Origin: Candidatus Rokuibacteriota bacterium
GTDB taxonomy: Bacteria; Methylomirabilota; Methylomirabilia; Rokubacteriales; CSP1-6
Assembly (NCBI GenBank): GCA_003220475.1
Contig: QHSO01000001.1
Location: forward strand, 4,346-68,345
Direction: 5' to 3'
Length of the DNA stretch: 64,000 nucleotides
Program-made: the position numbers and the translations under genes
Part shown: positions 1 through 9,407 of the stretch, one piece after another
Numbering within the stretch: the first letter of the stretch is position 1
Layout: the number at the start of each line of letters is the position of its first letter
Notes under the pieces: model-generated
What the model was told of the DNA's origin: nothing
Databases searched by the model: none
The model's input: the letters and a program-made list of their open reading frames with translations, nothing else

Positions 1-441
1 CCGAAGCGAGTCGGTGAGCGCGAGCATCTCGGGAAACTTTCCGAGCCAGAAGTACACGTAGTACAGCCGCTGCAGCACCATCGCGTCGCGCGGCCAGCGC
101 GTCAGGTGCTCGCGCATCAGCGTCTGGGCCGGCGCGACCTGTCCCGAGGTCCACGCCGTCAGCGCGGCCACGTGCGATCGCTCGCGCTCGGTCTGGCCCG
201 CCACCGCCGCGCGCGCCGCCTCCGTCGTCGCCTTGGTCTCCGGAAATCGCTCTTCGAGGAAGAGACAGACGGCGGCGCCGGCGTGCGCGAGCGCCAGCCC
301 GGGATCGCGCTCGATCGCCGCGCGGAAGAGCGCCAGCGCATCGGCCTGCCACGCCTGCAGCGCGCGGACGGCGCGGTCGTAAAGAGCGAGCGCCTCGGGA
401 TCGGCGGTCGAGACAGGCAGGCCGTACGCGTCGGTCGGCAT
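1..441 (-). CDS. TPR-repeat protein, TTC38-like (partial, runs off the window start)
   Basis: Manual translation from ATG 441: MPTDAYGLPVSTADPEALALYDRAV...DPGLALAHA...TERERSHVAAL...HLTRWPRDAMVL, open to base 1. Not in the ORF track. TAGCAT box lies 7 nt upstream of the ATG. Confidence 0.75.
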   Translation of the reverse strand, partial: MPTDAYGLPVSTADPEALALYDRAVRALQAWQADALALFRAAIERDPGLALAHAGAAVCLFLEERFPETKATTEAARAAVAGQTERERSHVAALTAWTSGQVAPAQTLMREHLTRWPRDAMVLQRLYYVYFWLGKFPEMLALTDSLR

Positions 442-495
442 GCGGGTCATGCTAGCAGAGGCGCTCCTCGATCACCGATCGACAGGAACTGGATC

Positions 496-1527
496 TCATG
501 TCGGGGGCCCCGAAATGGCCCCCAAATCCCCAACGCTCGGCAGCGCCCTGGCGGAGCCATGGCGCTCCTCGAAGACGGCCGACAGAAACTCGGCGGCACG
601 ATGCTCGGCCCAGGCGCGCGGCCGCCAGGGCGGTCCGTCCCAGAACCCCACGTGGCCGCCGTGCGCGGTGAACTCGGCCACGATGCTGGGCGAGAGCTCC
701 GAGGGGCTGGGCAGCGCGGCGGGCGGCACGAACGGATCGTCGAGTGCGCTGATCAGCAGCGTGGGCCGCCGCACGCGCGCGAGGTAGGGACGGCACGAGG
801 CGCGGCGCCAGTAATCGCGCTCGTCGGCGAAGCCGTGCAGCGGCGCGGTCACGGCGCGATCGTAGGCGGCGAACGTCCGCGCACGCATGACGGCCGCGAC
901 GTCCACGAACTCGGGAAACGCGCGGGCCTTGTCGCGAACCTTCTCCTTGAACGAGCGCATGAAGGACGCGGTGTACGTCAGCTTCGCGATGCCACGGTCG
1001 AGCACGCGCGTGCAGCGCTCGAGGTCGTACGGCGTCGAGATGCCGACGGCGGCCGCGAGCTGCATCGGCGCGGCATCGCCGTGCTCACCGAGCCACTTGA
1101 GGAGCACGTTGCCGCCGAGCGAGACGCCGACGGCCCCGATGCGCACCAGCGGATCGCGCTCGATGAGCAGCCGAACGACCAGATCGAGATCGTCGGTATC
1201 GCCCGAATGATAGAAGCGCGGCAACCGGTTGGGCTCGCCGCTGCACGATCGGAAGTTCAGCGCGACAGCGCCCCAGCCGGCCGTGCGCGCCAGGCGCAAG
1301 AGGCCGCGCACGTAGTGCGAGTGGCACGAGCCCTCGAGGCCGTGCAGCACCAGCAGCAGCGGCGCTCCGGGCGCCACCGGCCCGTCGTGCCAGTCGAGGT
1401 CGACGAAGTCACCGTCGGGCGTGACGACCCGCTCGCGCCGGGACGGCGGCGCGTCCCGGCGCGTGAACGGGCCCCACACCGTCTGCGCGTGGCGGTTGCG
1501 CAACCACCACGCGGGGCGGAACGCTAT
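496..1527 (-). CDS. YheT-family alpha/beta hydrolase
   Basis: FRPAWWLRNRHAQT, LHGLEG, GVSLGG nucleophile motif, DDPF, GGHVGF. Start is uncertain; proposed ATA at 1527 overlaps the upstream TAG. The C-terminal tail is encoded by a repeat copy. Confidence 0.85.
   Translation of the reverse strand: MAFRPAWWLRNRHAQTVWGPFTRRDAPPSRRERVVTPDGDFVDLDWHDGPVAPGAPLLLVLHGLEGSCHSHYVRGLLRLARTAGWGAVALNFRSCSGEPNRLPRFYHSGDTDDLDLVVRLLIERDPLVRIGAVGVSLGGNVLLKWLGEHGDAAPMQLAAAVGISTPYDLERCTRVLDRGIAKLTYTASFMRSFKEKVRDKARAFPEFVDVAAVMRARTFAAYDRAVTAPLHGFADERDYWRRASCRPYLARVRRPTLLISALDDPFVPPAALPSPSELSPSIVAEFTAHGGHVGFWDGPPWRPRAWAEHRAAEFLSAVFEERHGSARALPSVGDLGAISGPPT
503..572 (+). repeat. Palindromic interspersed repeat family A, copy 1
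   Basis: GGGGGCCCCGAAATGGCCCCCAA...CAACGCTCGG-CAGCGCCCTGGCGGAGCCATGGCGCTCCTCGA. Similar to 29659-29780 (-) and 45707-45813 (+). Confidence 0.8.
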
Positions 1528-2057
1528 TCCTGCCCGTTCAGCAGCAGCTTCACGATTGCCGGCACGATCTCGCGTGCGCGTCGGTCGAGCTCCGCATCGC
1601 TGAGATTGGCGATCGGATGCGGCATCGCCAGGAACTTGTAGGAGGTGAGCCCCCACTGCTCGGCCATCGCCCTGCCCGTCTTCTCGAACACGTCGGTCAC
1701 GATCGAGGCCGAGGGGATGCCGTGATGCTCCAGCAGAATTCCGTCGAGCACACTGCCCGACGAGCAGGACCCTCAGTCGCCGATCCCGGCGACCATGACG
1801 TCTGCGGATGTCTTGATCGCCGCGATGATCTCCTCGTGCGCCGGCACGCTGGCGTTGTGCTTGCGGTACATCGTCCATTCCGCGATGCCGTGCTCGGCCT
1901 TGAGGATCTGACCGATCCGCTCGAGCAGCTTGTCGGAGTTGAACTTCGTGTTCTCGATCAGCGCCACCCGCTTGCCCGCGAGCGAGCCCGGCCGCGGCGA
2001 GTACTCGATCGGCCGCGGCGACGCGGGCGTGGTGGGATCCAGGATCTCGATGCTCAT
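1524..2057 (-). CDS. UGSC-family selenoprotein, 177 aa, Sec at the in-frame TGA 1775-1773
   Basis: ORFs 1773..2120 and 1524..1751 are in the same frame, separated by one TGA: ...AGIGD-U-GSCSSGSVLDG...GIPSASIVTDVF. A SECIS-like hairpin follows. The ATG overlaps the upstream gene's TGA (ATGA). Confidence 0.88.
1742..1762 (-). promoter_or_regulatory. Putative bacterial SECIS hairpin
   Basis: CGTCGGGCA-GTG-TGCTCGACG: 9-bp stem with one G-U pair; G-first loop starts 19 nt after the UGA. Confidence 0.7.
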
Positions 2058-3034
2058 CGCTTGATCTCCTTCGTAATGGCTGCGGAGGACTTCGCGCTCG
2101 ACCAGCCCGGGATGAAGCACGAGAACGCGCCGGCGCGGCCGCCGGCGGCCACGACGAGGATGTCGTCGGGCGCGGCCACGAGCGGGCGCATCCTGCTCTC
2201 GTCACCCGCCTCCGGCGCGCCCGCCATGCGCTGCGTCCGCTTGAGGTGCGCGTGCGCATTCTGCGTGTGCTCCCAGACGAACTGCCGGATCCGCTTCTTG
2301 TCCCAACCGTCGGCGGCGATCGTCTTCATGTGCTCGCCCGCGAGCACGAGACAGTAGTGCGGCTGCCCCATCACGTTGCCGGAGATGCGCATGCTGTCCG
2401 CCAGCGTGATGAGGACACCCTCGGCCGTGCTCGAGAGCTGGTTGTAGAACTGGTGCGGGCCTTCCGCCGCCATCACGGTGACCGTCGACTGCTCGGGCCG
2501 AAAGCCGCGCTCGACGTGCAGCGGCGTCCACGGGCTCTCCGCCTCGTTCTCGGCGATCACGTACGAGAGCTTGCCGGGATGGCCGACGGTGCCGCGGTCG
2601 AGCAGGCCGGGCATCGAGCCGCACACGTTGCGCATGACCAGGCGCACCGCGCGCCCGATCGTGAGATTCGCGCGCCAGCCGGGACCGAAGAGGTTGTCGC
2701 CCGCGTTGATGTCGAGCTCACGCGCGATCGGTCCGTTGACGATCATCAGCACGGCCGCGCCGGCGGTCGACGTGCCCGGGCCGTGATAACTCCAGCCCTC
2801 GTCGCCGATCCCCTCGACTGCGGCCACCACGACCGGCATGTACTCCGGCTTGCAGCCCGCCATCACCGCGTTGATCGCGACTTTCTCGGCCGTGACCGTC
2901 ACGAACCGATCGCGGATATAGGCGAGCTTGGCATCCGGCGCGAGCCGGACCGCGTCCAGCATGGCGCGCACCGCCGACTCGGTGGGCGGGACGACCGGCA
3001 GTCCGTCGCTCCAGCCTCCCTGGTGCCTGCCCAA
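2054..3034 (-). CDS. Conserved uncharacterised UGSC-partner protein (GWSDGLPVVPPT family); N-terminus possibly short
   Basis: Motifs GWSDGLPVVPPT, AINAVMAGC, GPGWRANLTIGRA, GHPGK, AENEAESPW. Homologous to the C-terminal part of 6653..8227. Confidence 0.85.
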   Translation of the reverse strand: MGRHQGGWSDGLPVVPPTESAVRAMLDAVRLAPDAKLAYIRDRFVTVTAEKVAINAVMAGCKPEYMPVVVAAVEGIGDEGWSYHGPGTSTAGAAVLMIVNGPIARELDINAGDNLFGPGWRANLTIGRAVRLVMRNVCGSMPGLLDRGTVGHPGKLSYVIAENEAESPWTPLHVERGFRPEQSTVTVMAAEGPHQFYNQLSSTAEGVLITLADSMRISGNVMGQPHYCLVLAGEHMKTIAADGWDKKRIRQFVWEHTQNAHAHLKRTQRMAGAPEAGDESRMRPLVAAPDDILVVAAGGRAGAFSCFIPGWSSAKSSAAITKEIKR

Positions 3035-3085
3035 ACAGGCGACGCCACGCTACCACCCGCCGCCGCGTCGCCGCAACCGCGCGCC

Positions 3086-3115
3086 TTGACCGGTGCGGCG
3101 CAGGTGTCGCATACT
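3086..3115 (+). promoter_or_regulatory. Putative sigma70 promoter of the adenylate cyclase-like gene
   Basis: TTGACC-N18-CATACT, followed by GGAG before GTG 3161. Confidence 0.45.
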
Positions 3116-3160
3116 GCGCGGACTCTCGAACTCAGCCGCCACTGAAGAACGGAGACGCGA

Positions 3161-6100
3161 GTGCGGTGTGCCCGGTGCCAGCACGACAACGCGCCCGGGG
3201 CCAAATTCTGCATGGAGTGTGGCGCGCGCCTGGGCTCGATCGCCGACGCGCCCCGAACCGAGTCGCCTGAGGCCTACACCCCCGCGCACCTCGCCAGCAA
3301 GATCCTGAGCGCGCGCGAAACGCTGGCCGGGGAGCGCAAGCAGGTCACCGTGCTGTTCGCAGATCTCAAGGGCTCGCTCGAGCTTCTCGCCGACCGCGAT
3401 CCCGAGGACGCGCGCGCCCTGCTCGACGCGGTGCTGGAGCGGATGATGGAGGCGGTGCACCGGTACGAGGGCACGGTCAACCAGGTCATGGGCGACGGCA
3501 TCATGGCCCTCTTCGGCGCGCCGGTCGCCCGCGAGGACCACGCGGTGCGCGCGTGCTACGCGGCGCTGCGCATGCACCGCGCCATCGCCCACGACGCGGA
3601 CGACGTGCGTCGGCGGCTCGGCGTCGACGTGCAGATCCGCGTCGGCCTGAACTCGGGCGAGGTGGTCGTCCGCTCGATCGGCAGCGATCTCCGAATGGAC
3701 TACAGCGCCGTCGGCCAGACGACCCACCTCGCGGCGCGGATGGAGCAGCTCACGCGTCCCGGCACCACGCTGATCACCGCGGCCACGCACCGCCTCGCGG
3801 CGCGCTTCATCGACGCCGCGCCGCAGGGGCCGATGCCGGTGAAGGGCCTGCGCGATCCCGTCGAGGTGTGGGAGCTCAAGCGGGCGACGCCGGTCACGTC
3901 GAGCCTCGGCGCCGTCGCCGGACGTGCGCAGACGGCGATGCTCGGCCGCGCCGCGGAGATGGCGACGCTGGCCCGGCTGCTGGCGCGCGCCCGCGAGGGC
4001 CGCGGGCAGCTCGTCACGCTGGTGGGCGAGCCGGGCGTCGGCAAGTCGCGTCTCGTCTGGGAACTCTCGCGCGGGGCCGCTGCCGACGGCTGGCAGATGC
4101 ACGAGGCGGCGTGCGTCTCCTACGGCATGCTCACGCCCTATCTGCCCCTCCGAAATCTGCTGACGAGGTACTTCGACGTCGAGGACGGCGACGACGCGCG
4201 GCGCATCCGCGAAAAGGTGGCGACGCGGATGGTGGCGCTCGACACACGACTCGCCGGCGGCGTCTCGGCGATCCTGGCGCTCGGCAACGTCCCCAACGAC
4301 GACGCCGAGTGGGACGCGCTCGCGCCCACCATGCGACGCCAGCGGATCCTCAAGGCCGTGCGCGAGCTGCTGCTGGCCGAAAGCCGTCGCGCGCCGTTGC
4401 TCCTCGTGGTCGAGAGTCTGGAGTGGGCGGACTCGGAGACGCACGCGCTCGTCGAAGATCTCGCCGCAGGGCTCGCCGAGGCGCGCATGCTCGTGGTCGT
4501 GACGGCGCGGCCCGAGCGCCGGCGCGACTGGTCGAGCACCGGTGACACGACGGAGATCCGGCTCGATCCGCTGGGCGCGGCCAGCGCCGCGGCGCTGGCC
4601 GACGCGATCCTCGGGCCCGCCGACGAGCTGGCGGCGCTCAAGCGACGGCTCGTCGCGCACACCGCGGGCAACGCGTTTTTCATGGAGGAGATCGTGCAGG
4701 CACTCGTCGAGACGCACGCGCTCGCCGGTGAGCGCGGGCAGTATCGCCTCGGCAGACTCGTGGAGGGCCTGCAGATCCCCGATCGCGTGCAGGCCGTGCT
4801 GGCCGCGCGCATCGACCGACTGTCTGGCGAGAGCAAGGCGGTCTTGCAGGCCGGCGCGGCCATCGGCGTCGATGTGCCGGTGGCGCTGTTGCAGGCGGTG
4901 GCCAACGCCTCGTCCGAGGAGGTGCTGCACGCGCTCGCGGAGCTCGAGGCCGCCGACTTCGTGCGGCCGAGCGCGCTGGTGCCCGATCTCGCCTACTCGT
5001 TCAAGCACGCGATCACCCAGGAGGTCGCCTACGCCACGCTGCTGAAAGAGCAGCGCCGCGCGCTGCACGCGCGCATCGTCGCGGCGCTCGAGGCCAGCTA
5101 TCCCGGCGAGCGCCGCGCCGAGCACGTCGAGCGGCTCGCCTACCATGCGCTGCGGGCGGAGGCCTGGCCCACCGCCGTCGGCTATCTGCGCGACGCGGGC
5201 GAGCGCGCGGTGGCGCGCTCGGCCAATCGTGAGGCCGCCGCCTTCTACGAGGACGCGCTGCGCGCGCTGGCGCATCTGCCGGAGAGCCGCGACACGTTCG
5301 CGCTCGCCATCGATCTGCGCCTCGATCTGCGCGTGCCGTTGCTGCAGCTCGGCCGGCTCGACGATCTCCACCGGCTGTCGAAAGAAGCCGAGAGCATGGC
5401 GCAGCACGTCGGCGACGAGGAGCGGCTGGCGCGCGCGTACTCGTATCTCGTGAACTACCACTATCTGCTCGGCGAGCCGGCGCGCGCCGACGAATACGGT
5501 GCACGCTGCCTCGCGATCGCCGGGCGGCGTCGCGATCCCGAGCTGGCGATGCTCGCCCGACGCTACCTCGGCCACAGTCACCACGCGCAGGGCCGGCACC
5601 GCATGGCCATCGAGGTCCTCGACGACAATCTCAGTGCGCTGGTCGCGGAGACCGCGGGCAGCATGGCGGTGGCCCGCACGACGGCCTACGTGGCGTCGGC
5701 GACCTGGCTCGCGTGGGCGCTGGCCGATCTCGGCGAGTTCGAGCGGGCCGATGCGTACCTCGACCGGGCGCGGGCGCAGTCGGATCTCGCGCGGCACCCG
5801 TACAGCCAGGCGATCGCGTGGACGCTCACCGGCGCCGTCTGGTACACGCGCGGTCAGCTCGATCGCGCGATGCCGACGCTGGCGCGCGGCCTCGAGATCT
5901 GCCGAGACGCGAACCTCACCGTGTGGCAGCCGATTCCGACCACGCTGCTCGGCGCGTGCCTGCTCGCGCTCGATCGCAAGGACGACGGTCTGGCGCTGCT
6001 CCGCGATGGCGTCCGCCGCGCCGAGTCGCTCGGCGTCATGGCCTATCTCTCACGCTGGACGCTGCAGCTCGCCGAGGGCCTGCTGGTCACCGGCGACGTC

Positions 6101-6649
6101 GCCGGCGCGCGGGTCACCGCCGATCGCGCGATGGCACTGGCCCTGACGCATGGCGAGCGCGCGCACGAGGCGATGGCGTGGCGCGTGCTCGGCGACGTCG
6201 CGGTGCGGGAACGCGAACTGGAGGCAGCGCGCCAGGCGTACGAGCAGGCGCTGCTGCTGGGCGAAGAGCTGGGGCTGCGCCCGCAGGTCGCGCGCGCCCA
6301 CTTCGACCTCGGCCGACTGGAGCGCCGTCTCGGCCATCTCGACGACGCCGAGGATCACCTCGCGCGCGCGGTCGTGCTCTTCGCCGAGATGGGCATGCGC
6401 GGCTGGCTCGAGCGGTCGCAGCCGGAGCTCAAGGCGCTCGGTCATCTGGTGATCGTGGCGCGCTCGAACATGAACCTCTTCGACTATCTGACGGAAAAGT
6501 TCGCCGGCGACCCCGACGTCAGCGTGATCCTCGATCGGCGCCAGGACGCGCCCATGCGCACGGCCGCGATGGGAACCGCCGAGCGGCGCCATCACACGAC
6601 GGACCAGGCCCTGCGCACGCGCGGACTGGCCGTCGTCGTCCCCGAGTAA
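3161..6649 (+). CDS. Class III adenylate/guanylate cyclase with zinc ribbon, AAA ATPase and TPR region
   Basis: CARC...CMEC zinc ribbon; ERKQVTVLFADLKGS, GDGIMALFGAP, RVGLNSGEV; P-loop GEPGVGKS; FKHAITQEVAY; helical repeats; extra small C-terminal domain. Confidence 0.92.
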   Translation: MRCARCQHDNAPGAKFCMECGARLGSIADAPRTESPEAYTPAHLASKILSARETLAGERKQVTVLFADLKGSLELLADRDPEDARALLDAVLERMMEAVHRYEGTVNQVMGDGIMALFGAPVAREDHAVRACYAALRMHRAIAHDADDVRRRLGVDVQIRVGLNSGEVVVRSIGSDLRMDYSAVGQTTHLAARMEQLTRPGTTLITAATHRLAARFIDAAPQGPMPVKGLRDPVEVWELKRATPVTSSLGAVAGRAQTAMLGRAAEMATLARLLARAREGRGQLVTLVGEPGVGKSRLVWELSRGAAADGWQMHEAACVSYGMLTPYLPLRNLLTRYFDVEDGDDARRIREKVATRMVALDTRLAGGVSAILALGNVPNDDAEWDALAPTMRRQRILKAVRELLLAESRRAPLLLVVESLEWADSETHALVEDLAAGLAEARMLVVVTARPERRRDWSSTGDTTEIRLDPLGAASAAALADAILGPADELAALKRRLVAHTAGNAFFMEEIVQALVETHALAGERGQYRLGRLVEGLQIPDRVQAVLAARIDRLSGESKAVLQAGAAIGVDVPVALLQAVANASSEEVLHALAELEAADFVRPSALVPDLAYSFKHAITQEVAYATLLKEQRRALHARIVAALEASYPGERRAEHVERLAYHALRAEAWPTAVGYLRDAGERAVARSANREAAAFYEDALRALAHLPESRDTFALAIDLRLDLRVPLLQLGRLDDLHRLSKEAESMAQHVGDEERLARAYSYLVNYHYLLGEPARADEYGARCLAIAGRRRDPELAMLARRYLGHSHHAQGRHRMAIEVLDDNLSALVAETAGSMAVARTTAYVASATWLAWALADLGEFERADAYLDRARAQSDLARHPYSQAIAWTLTGAVWYTRGQLDRAMPTLARGLEICRDANLTVWQPIPTTLLGACLLALDRKDDGLALLRDGVRRAESLGVMAYLSRWTLQLAEGLLVTGDVAGARVTADRAMALALTHGERAHEAMAWRVLGDVAVRERELEAARQAYEQALLLGEELGLRPQVARAHFDLGRLERRLGHLDDAEDHLARAVVLFAEMGMRGWLERSQPELKALGHLVIVARSNMNLFDYLTEKFAGDPDVSVILDRRQDAPMRTAAMGTAERRHHTTDQALRTRGLAVVVPE

Positions 6650-6652
6650 CGC

Positions 6653-8227
6653 TCAGGCCTCGATCCGCTCCGTCACCGAGCGCGTGGCGCCGAACGTCGG
6701 CACGATGGCCGAGTGCTTGCCCGGACCGCCCGCGACGATCACCATCACGTCCTCGGGCTTCGACGCGAACGGCAGCAGCGTGTCGGGGCCCGCGTTCTCG
6801 AACCGCTCGGGATGCGTGAGCTTGAAGCGCGCGATGTTGTCCGCCGAGAACTTCGCCATCGGCACGCGCGCGGCGTCCCAGAAGCGGCTCTGGAAGTCCT
6901 GCTTCGACCAGCCCGACGAGGCGAGCGTCTGCGCGTGCTCGGGGCCGAGGATCACGAGCGGATCGCCAGCCAGATAGATGTTGTTGCTGCCGGTGGTCGC
7001 CGCCGTGCCGGCGAGCGCGGCCATCAGCGTCTCGCCCGTCGTCGAGCCGTGGTCGTTGACGTTGTGGGGAGGCTCGGAGCCGCACACGGTCACCGTGCTG
7101 TCCTCGCGCGCGAAGCCGCGCTCCACGTGCAGCGGCTCCCACGGCGACTGCGCCTCGTTCTCGGCCAGGCAGTACGTGAACTTCCCCGGATGCCCGAGCG
7201 TCGCGCGGTCCTCTCGGCCCGGGCGCGCGCCGCCGACGTTCTGCAGCACCAGTCGCAGCGCGCGGCCGATGACCGCGTTGGCGCGATGGCCGTTGCCGAG
7301 CGCGTTCGGTCCGCCCGCCACGCCGAGCCGCGCCGCGATGGGACCGTTGACGATGACGAGCGGCGAGCACGGATGCGTCGTGCACTGGATCGCGTTGAGG
7401 TTGAACTGCGGCGTGGCCACGGCGCGCACGGCGGCGATGATCACCGGCAGGTGCTCGGGGCCCGCGCCCGCCAGCGCGGCGTTGACGGCGATCGCGTGCA
7501 GCGTCGCGCGACCGTCGAGCGGCATGAGCGTCGAGGCCAGTTCCTCGCCTGCGCGACGGCCGAGGATCTTCGCCACCCGCGCTTCGGTCGGCGGCAGCAC
7601 GGGCAGCCCGTCCGACCACTCCTGCTCCATCGCCCACAGCTGGAACGCGTCGAGATCCTCCGGCGCCTCCACGAGGGTCGGACGGGCCGCCGCCGTGGTC
7701 GCGGGCGGGGTGGGATCCGACGTCAGGCCGCGCAGAACCTCATCGAGGATCGCGTCGGCTTTCGCGCGCGCCGTGTCGGTGGGGATGCCGCCGAGCGGAT
7801 GCGGCACGAGCGCCACCGGCATGTGCGGCAGTCCATGTTTCGCGGACGTCGCCCTCGCGAGCGAGAGAAACGCGTCGGTGCCGAGCACGACGGACGGGAC
7901 GCCCCGCCCTTCCAGCTGCGCCGCGTCGTGGATACTCCACGACGTGCAGGACCCTCAGTCGGCGCTCCCGGTCAGCACGACGTCAGCACCCTTCGCGATG
8001 TCGTCGAGGATCTCGGCCGGCCGCGCCGCACTGGGCTTGCTCCAGCCGCGCACGCCCGCCGCGCCCGTGCGCGCGGCGAGCAGCTCGGCGACCCGATGCA
8101 GGAGCGCGCCGGCGTTCGGCTTGGAATTGTCGAGGACGCCGATGGTGAGACCGGCCAGGCTCGGCTTGCGCGGCGCGAGCCGCCCGATCTTCGCCTGGCC
8201 GCCTGAGAACGGGCTCCAGAGTTTCAT
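6653..8227 (-). CDS. UGSC selenoprotein domain fused to the partner domain, 524 aa, Sec at TGA 7957-7955
   Basis: MKLWSPF...DNSKPNA...LTGSAD-U-GSCTSWSIHDAAQLEGRGVPSVVLGTDAF continues in frame into ORF 6653..7888 (WSDGLPVLPPT...GHPGK). SECIS-like hairpin follows the TGA; TATACT lies 8 nt before the ATG. Confidence 0.88.
7924..7944 (-). promoter_or_regulatory. Putative bacterial SECIS hairpin
   Basis: CGTCGTGGA-GTA-TCCACGACG: perfect 9-bp stem, loop 19 nt after the UGA, same geometry as 1742-1762. Confidence 0.75.
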
Positions 8228-9387
8228 GGGCGTGGAGTATAGCGCCACGGAGCCGCGGCGGCGACGGTGGCGAGCACGACCGCAATCGCCGCGGCGAGGA
8301 ACGCCTCGCCGAACGCGGCGGGCAGTCCGACGATGTCGCGCCGCGCCGCGAACAGCCCGGCGAGGCCGAGCACTCCGGTGACGACGCCGAGCGTCCGCGC
8401 CAGGAACGCGAAGCCGCCCGCCATGCCCTGCTGCGCGCCGCCGAACGCGCCCATGATGAGCGCCATGTTGGGAACCTGAAACATGCCCAGACCGAATCCC
8501 GCCGCGAACAGCGCAACGGCGATCATGGGCATGCTCGTCGTCGCGTCCGCGCGGCTCAGCAGGAGCAGGCCGAGCGCCTCGAGCGCGAGCCCGCCGATCA
8601 TCGGGCCACGCGCGCCCAGGCGATCGGCGGCGACGCCGGCGACGGGCGCCGCCGCGGCCGTGCCGAGCGGCGTGAGCGTGAACAGCAGGCCCGCCGTAAG
8701 CGCGTCGAGCCCGCGCACGAGCACGAGATAGAACGGCGCGAGCAGCCAGACCGAGAAGATGGACGCATTCGCGAGGAACGCGAGGGCGCCCGGCGCGAGC
8801 ACGGCGCGACGCACGACGTCGGCGGCGGCCACGAGCCGTGTGGCGGCGCCGCGCGCCGCCGGCAGACCGGCGAGCGCCCAGCCGAACACGCCCAGCGCGA
8901 TCGGAACGCGGACATAGAAGGTAGAACGCCAGCCGAGGTGAGCCACGAGCAGCCCGGCGACGAGCGGCCCGACCGTGAAGCCGACGCCGATGCCCGCATT
9001 GAGGAAGCCGAGCGCGCGGCCCCGCGCCTGGGGCGGCGCGGCGAGCGTGACGATCCCCGGCGCCGTGCCGTAGACGAGGCCACCGCCGAGTCCTTGCAGC
9101 ACGCGCGCGCCCAGCAGCAGTCCAAACGTCGGCGCCAGCGCGCCGAGCGTGAGCGCCACGGCCGTGAGCAGCAGACCAACGCGGAACACGCGCGCGTGAC
9201 CCACACGGTCCGCGAGCGCGCCGCCCGAGAACGCGGTCAGCGCGTAGGTGAAGACGTAGCAGACGATCACCCAGCGCACGCGCTCCGGCGGCTCGGCGAA
9301 CGCCGCCGCCATGGCGGGAAACGCGACGTTGATGATCGAGTCGAGCGAGATGACGCCGGCGCCGGCCGCCGCGATCCAGCGGGTCAC
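8224..9387 (-). CDS. MFS transporter (DHA2/EmrB-like)
   Basis: SLDSIINVAFP, GGALADRVGHARVF (motif A), RVLQGLGGG, many TM helices. Start is GTG 9387 or ATG 9399. Confidence 0.88.
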   Translation of the reverse strand: MTRWIAAAGAGVISLDSIINVAFPAMAAAFAEPPERVRWVIVCYVFTYALTAFSGGALADRVGHARVFRVGLLLTAVALTLGALAPTFGLLLGARVLQGLGGGLVYGTAPGIVTLAAPPQARGRALGFLNAGIGVGFTVGPLVAGLLVAHLGWRSTFYVRVPIALGVFGWALAGLPAARGAATRLVAAADVVRRAVLAPGALAFLANASIFSVWLLAPFYLVLVRGLDALTAGLLFTLTPLGTAAAAPVAGVAADRLGARGPMIGGLALEALGLLLLSRADATTSMPMIAVALFAAGFGLGMFQVPNMALIMGAFGGAQQGMAGGFAFLARTLGVVTGVLGLAGLFAARRDIVGLPAAFGEAFLAAAIAVVLATVAAAAPWRYTPRP

Positions 9388-9407
9388 GGCTGGTATCATG
9401 GCACGCC

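Noticed and set aside
1524..1751. Separate small ORFs 1524-1751, 1773-2120, 6653-7888, 33393-33707 and 33768-34142 from the ORF track
   Set aside because: They are halves of selenoprotein genes and were merged in the feature list.
1753..1767. Alternative hairpin CTGCTC-GTC-GGGCAG right after the first UGSC TGA
   Set aside because: It is shorter, its loop is only 11 nt from the UGA, and it is not mirrored in the second UGSC gene, unlike the 1742-1762 hairpin.
3050..5797. Very long antisense or alternate-frame ORFs (e.g. 3050-5797, 20853-23609, 37353-40289, 40941-43862)
   Set aside because: They are Arg/Ala/Gly-rich shadows of well-supported genes on the other strand or frame, expected at this GC content, and have no family motifs.
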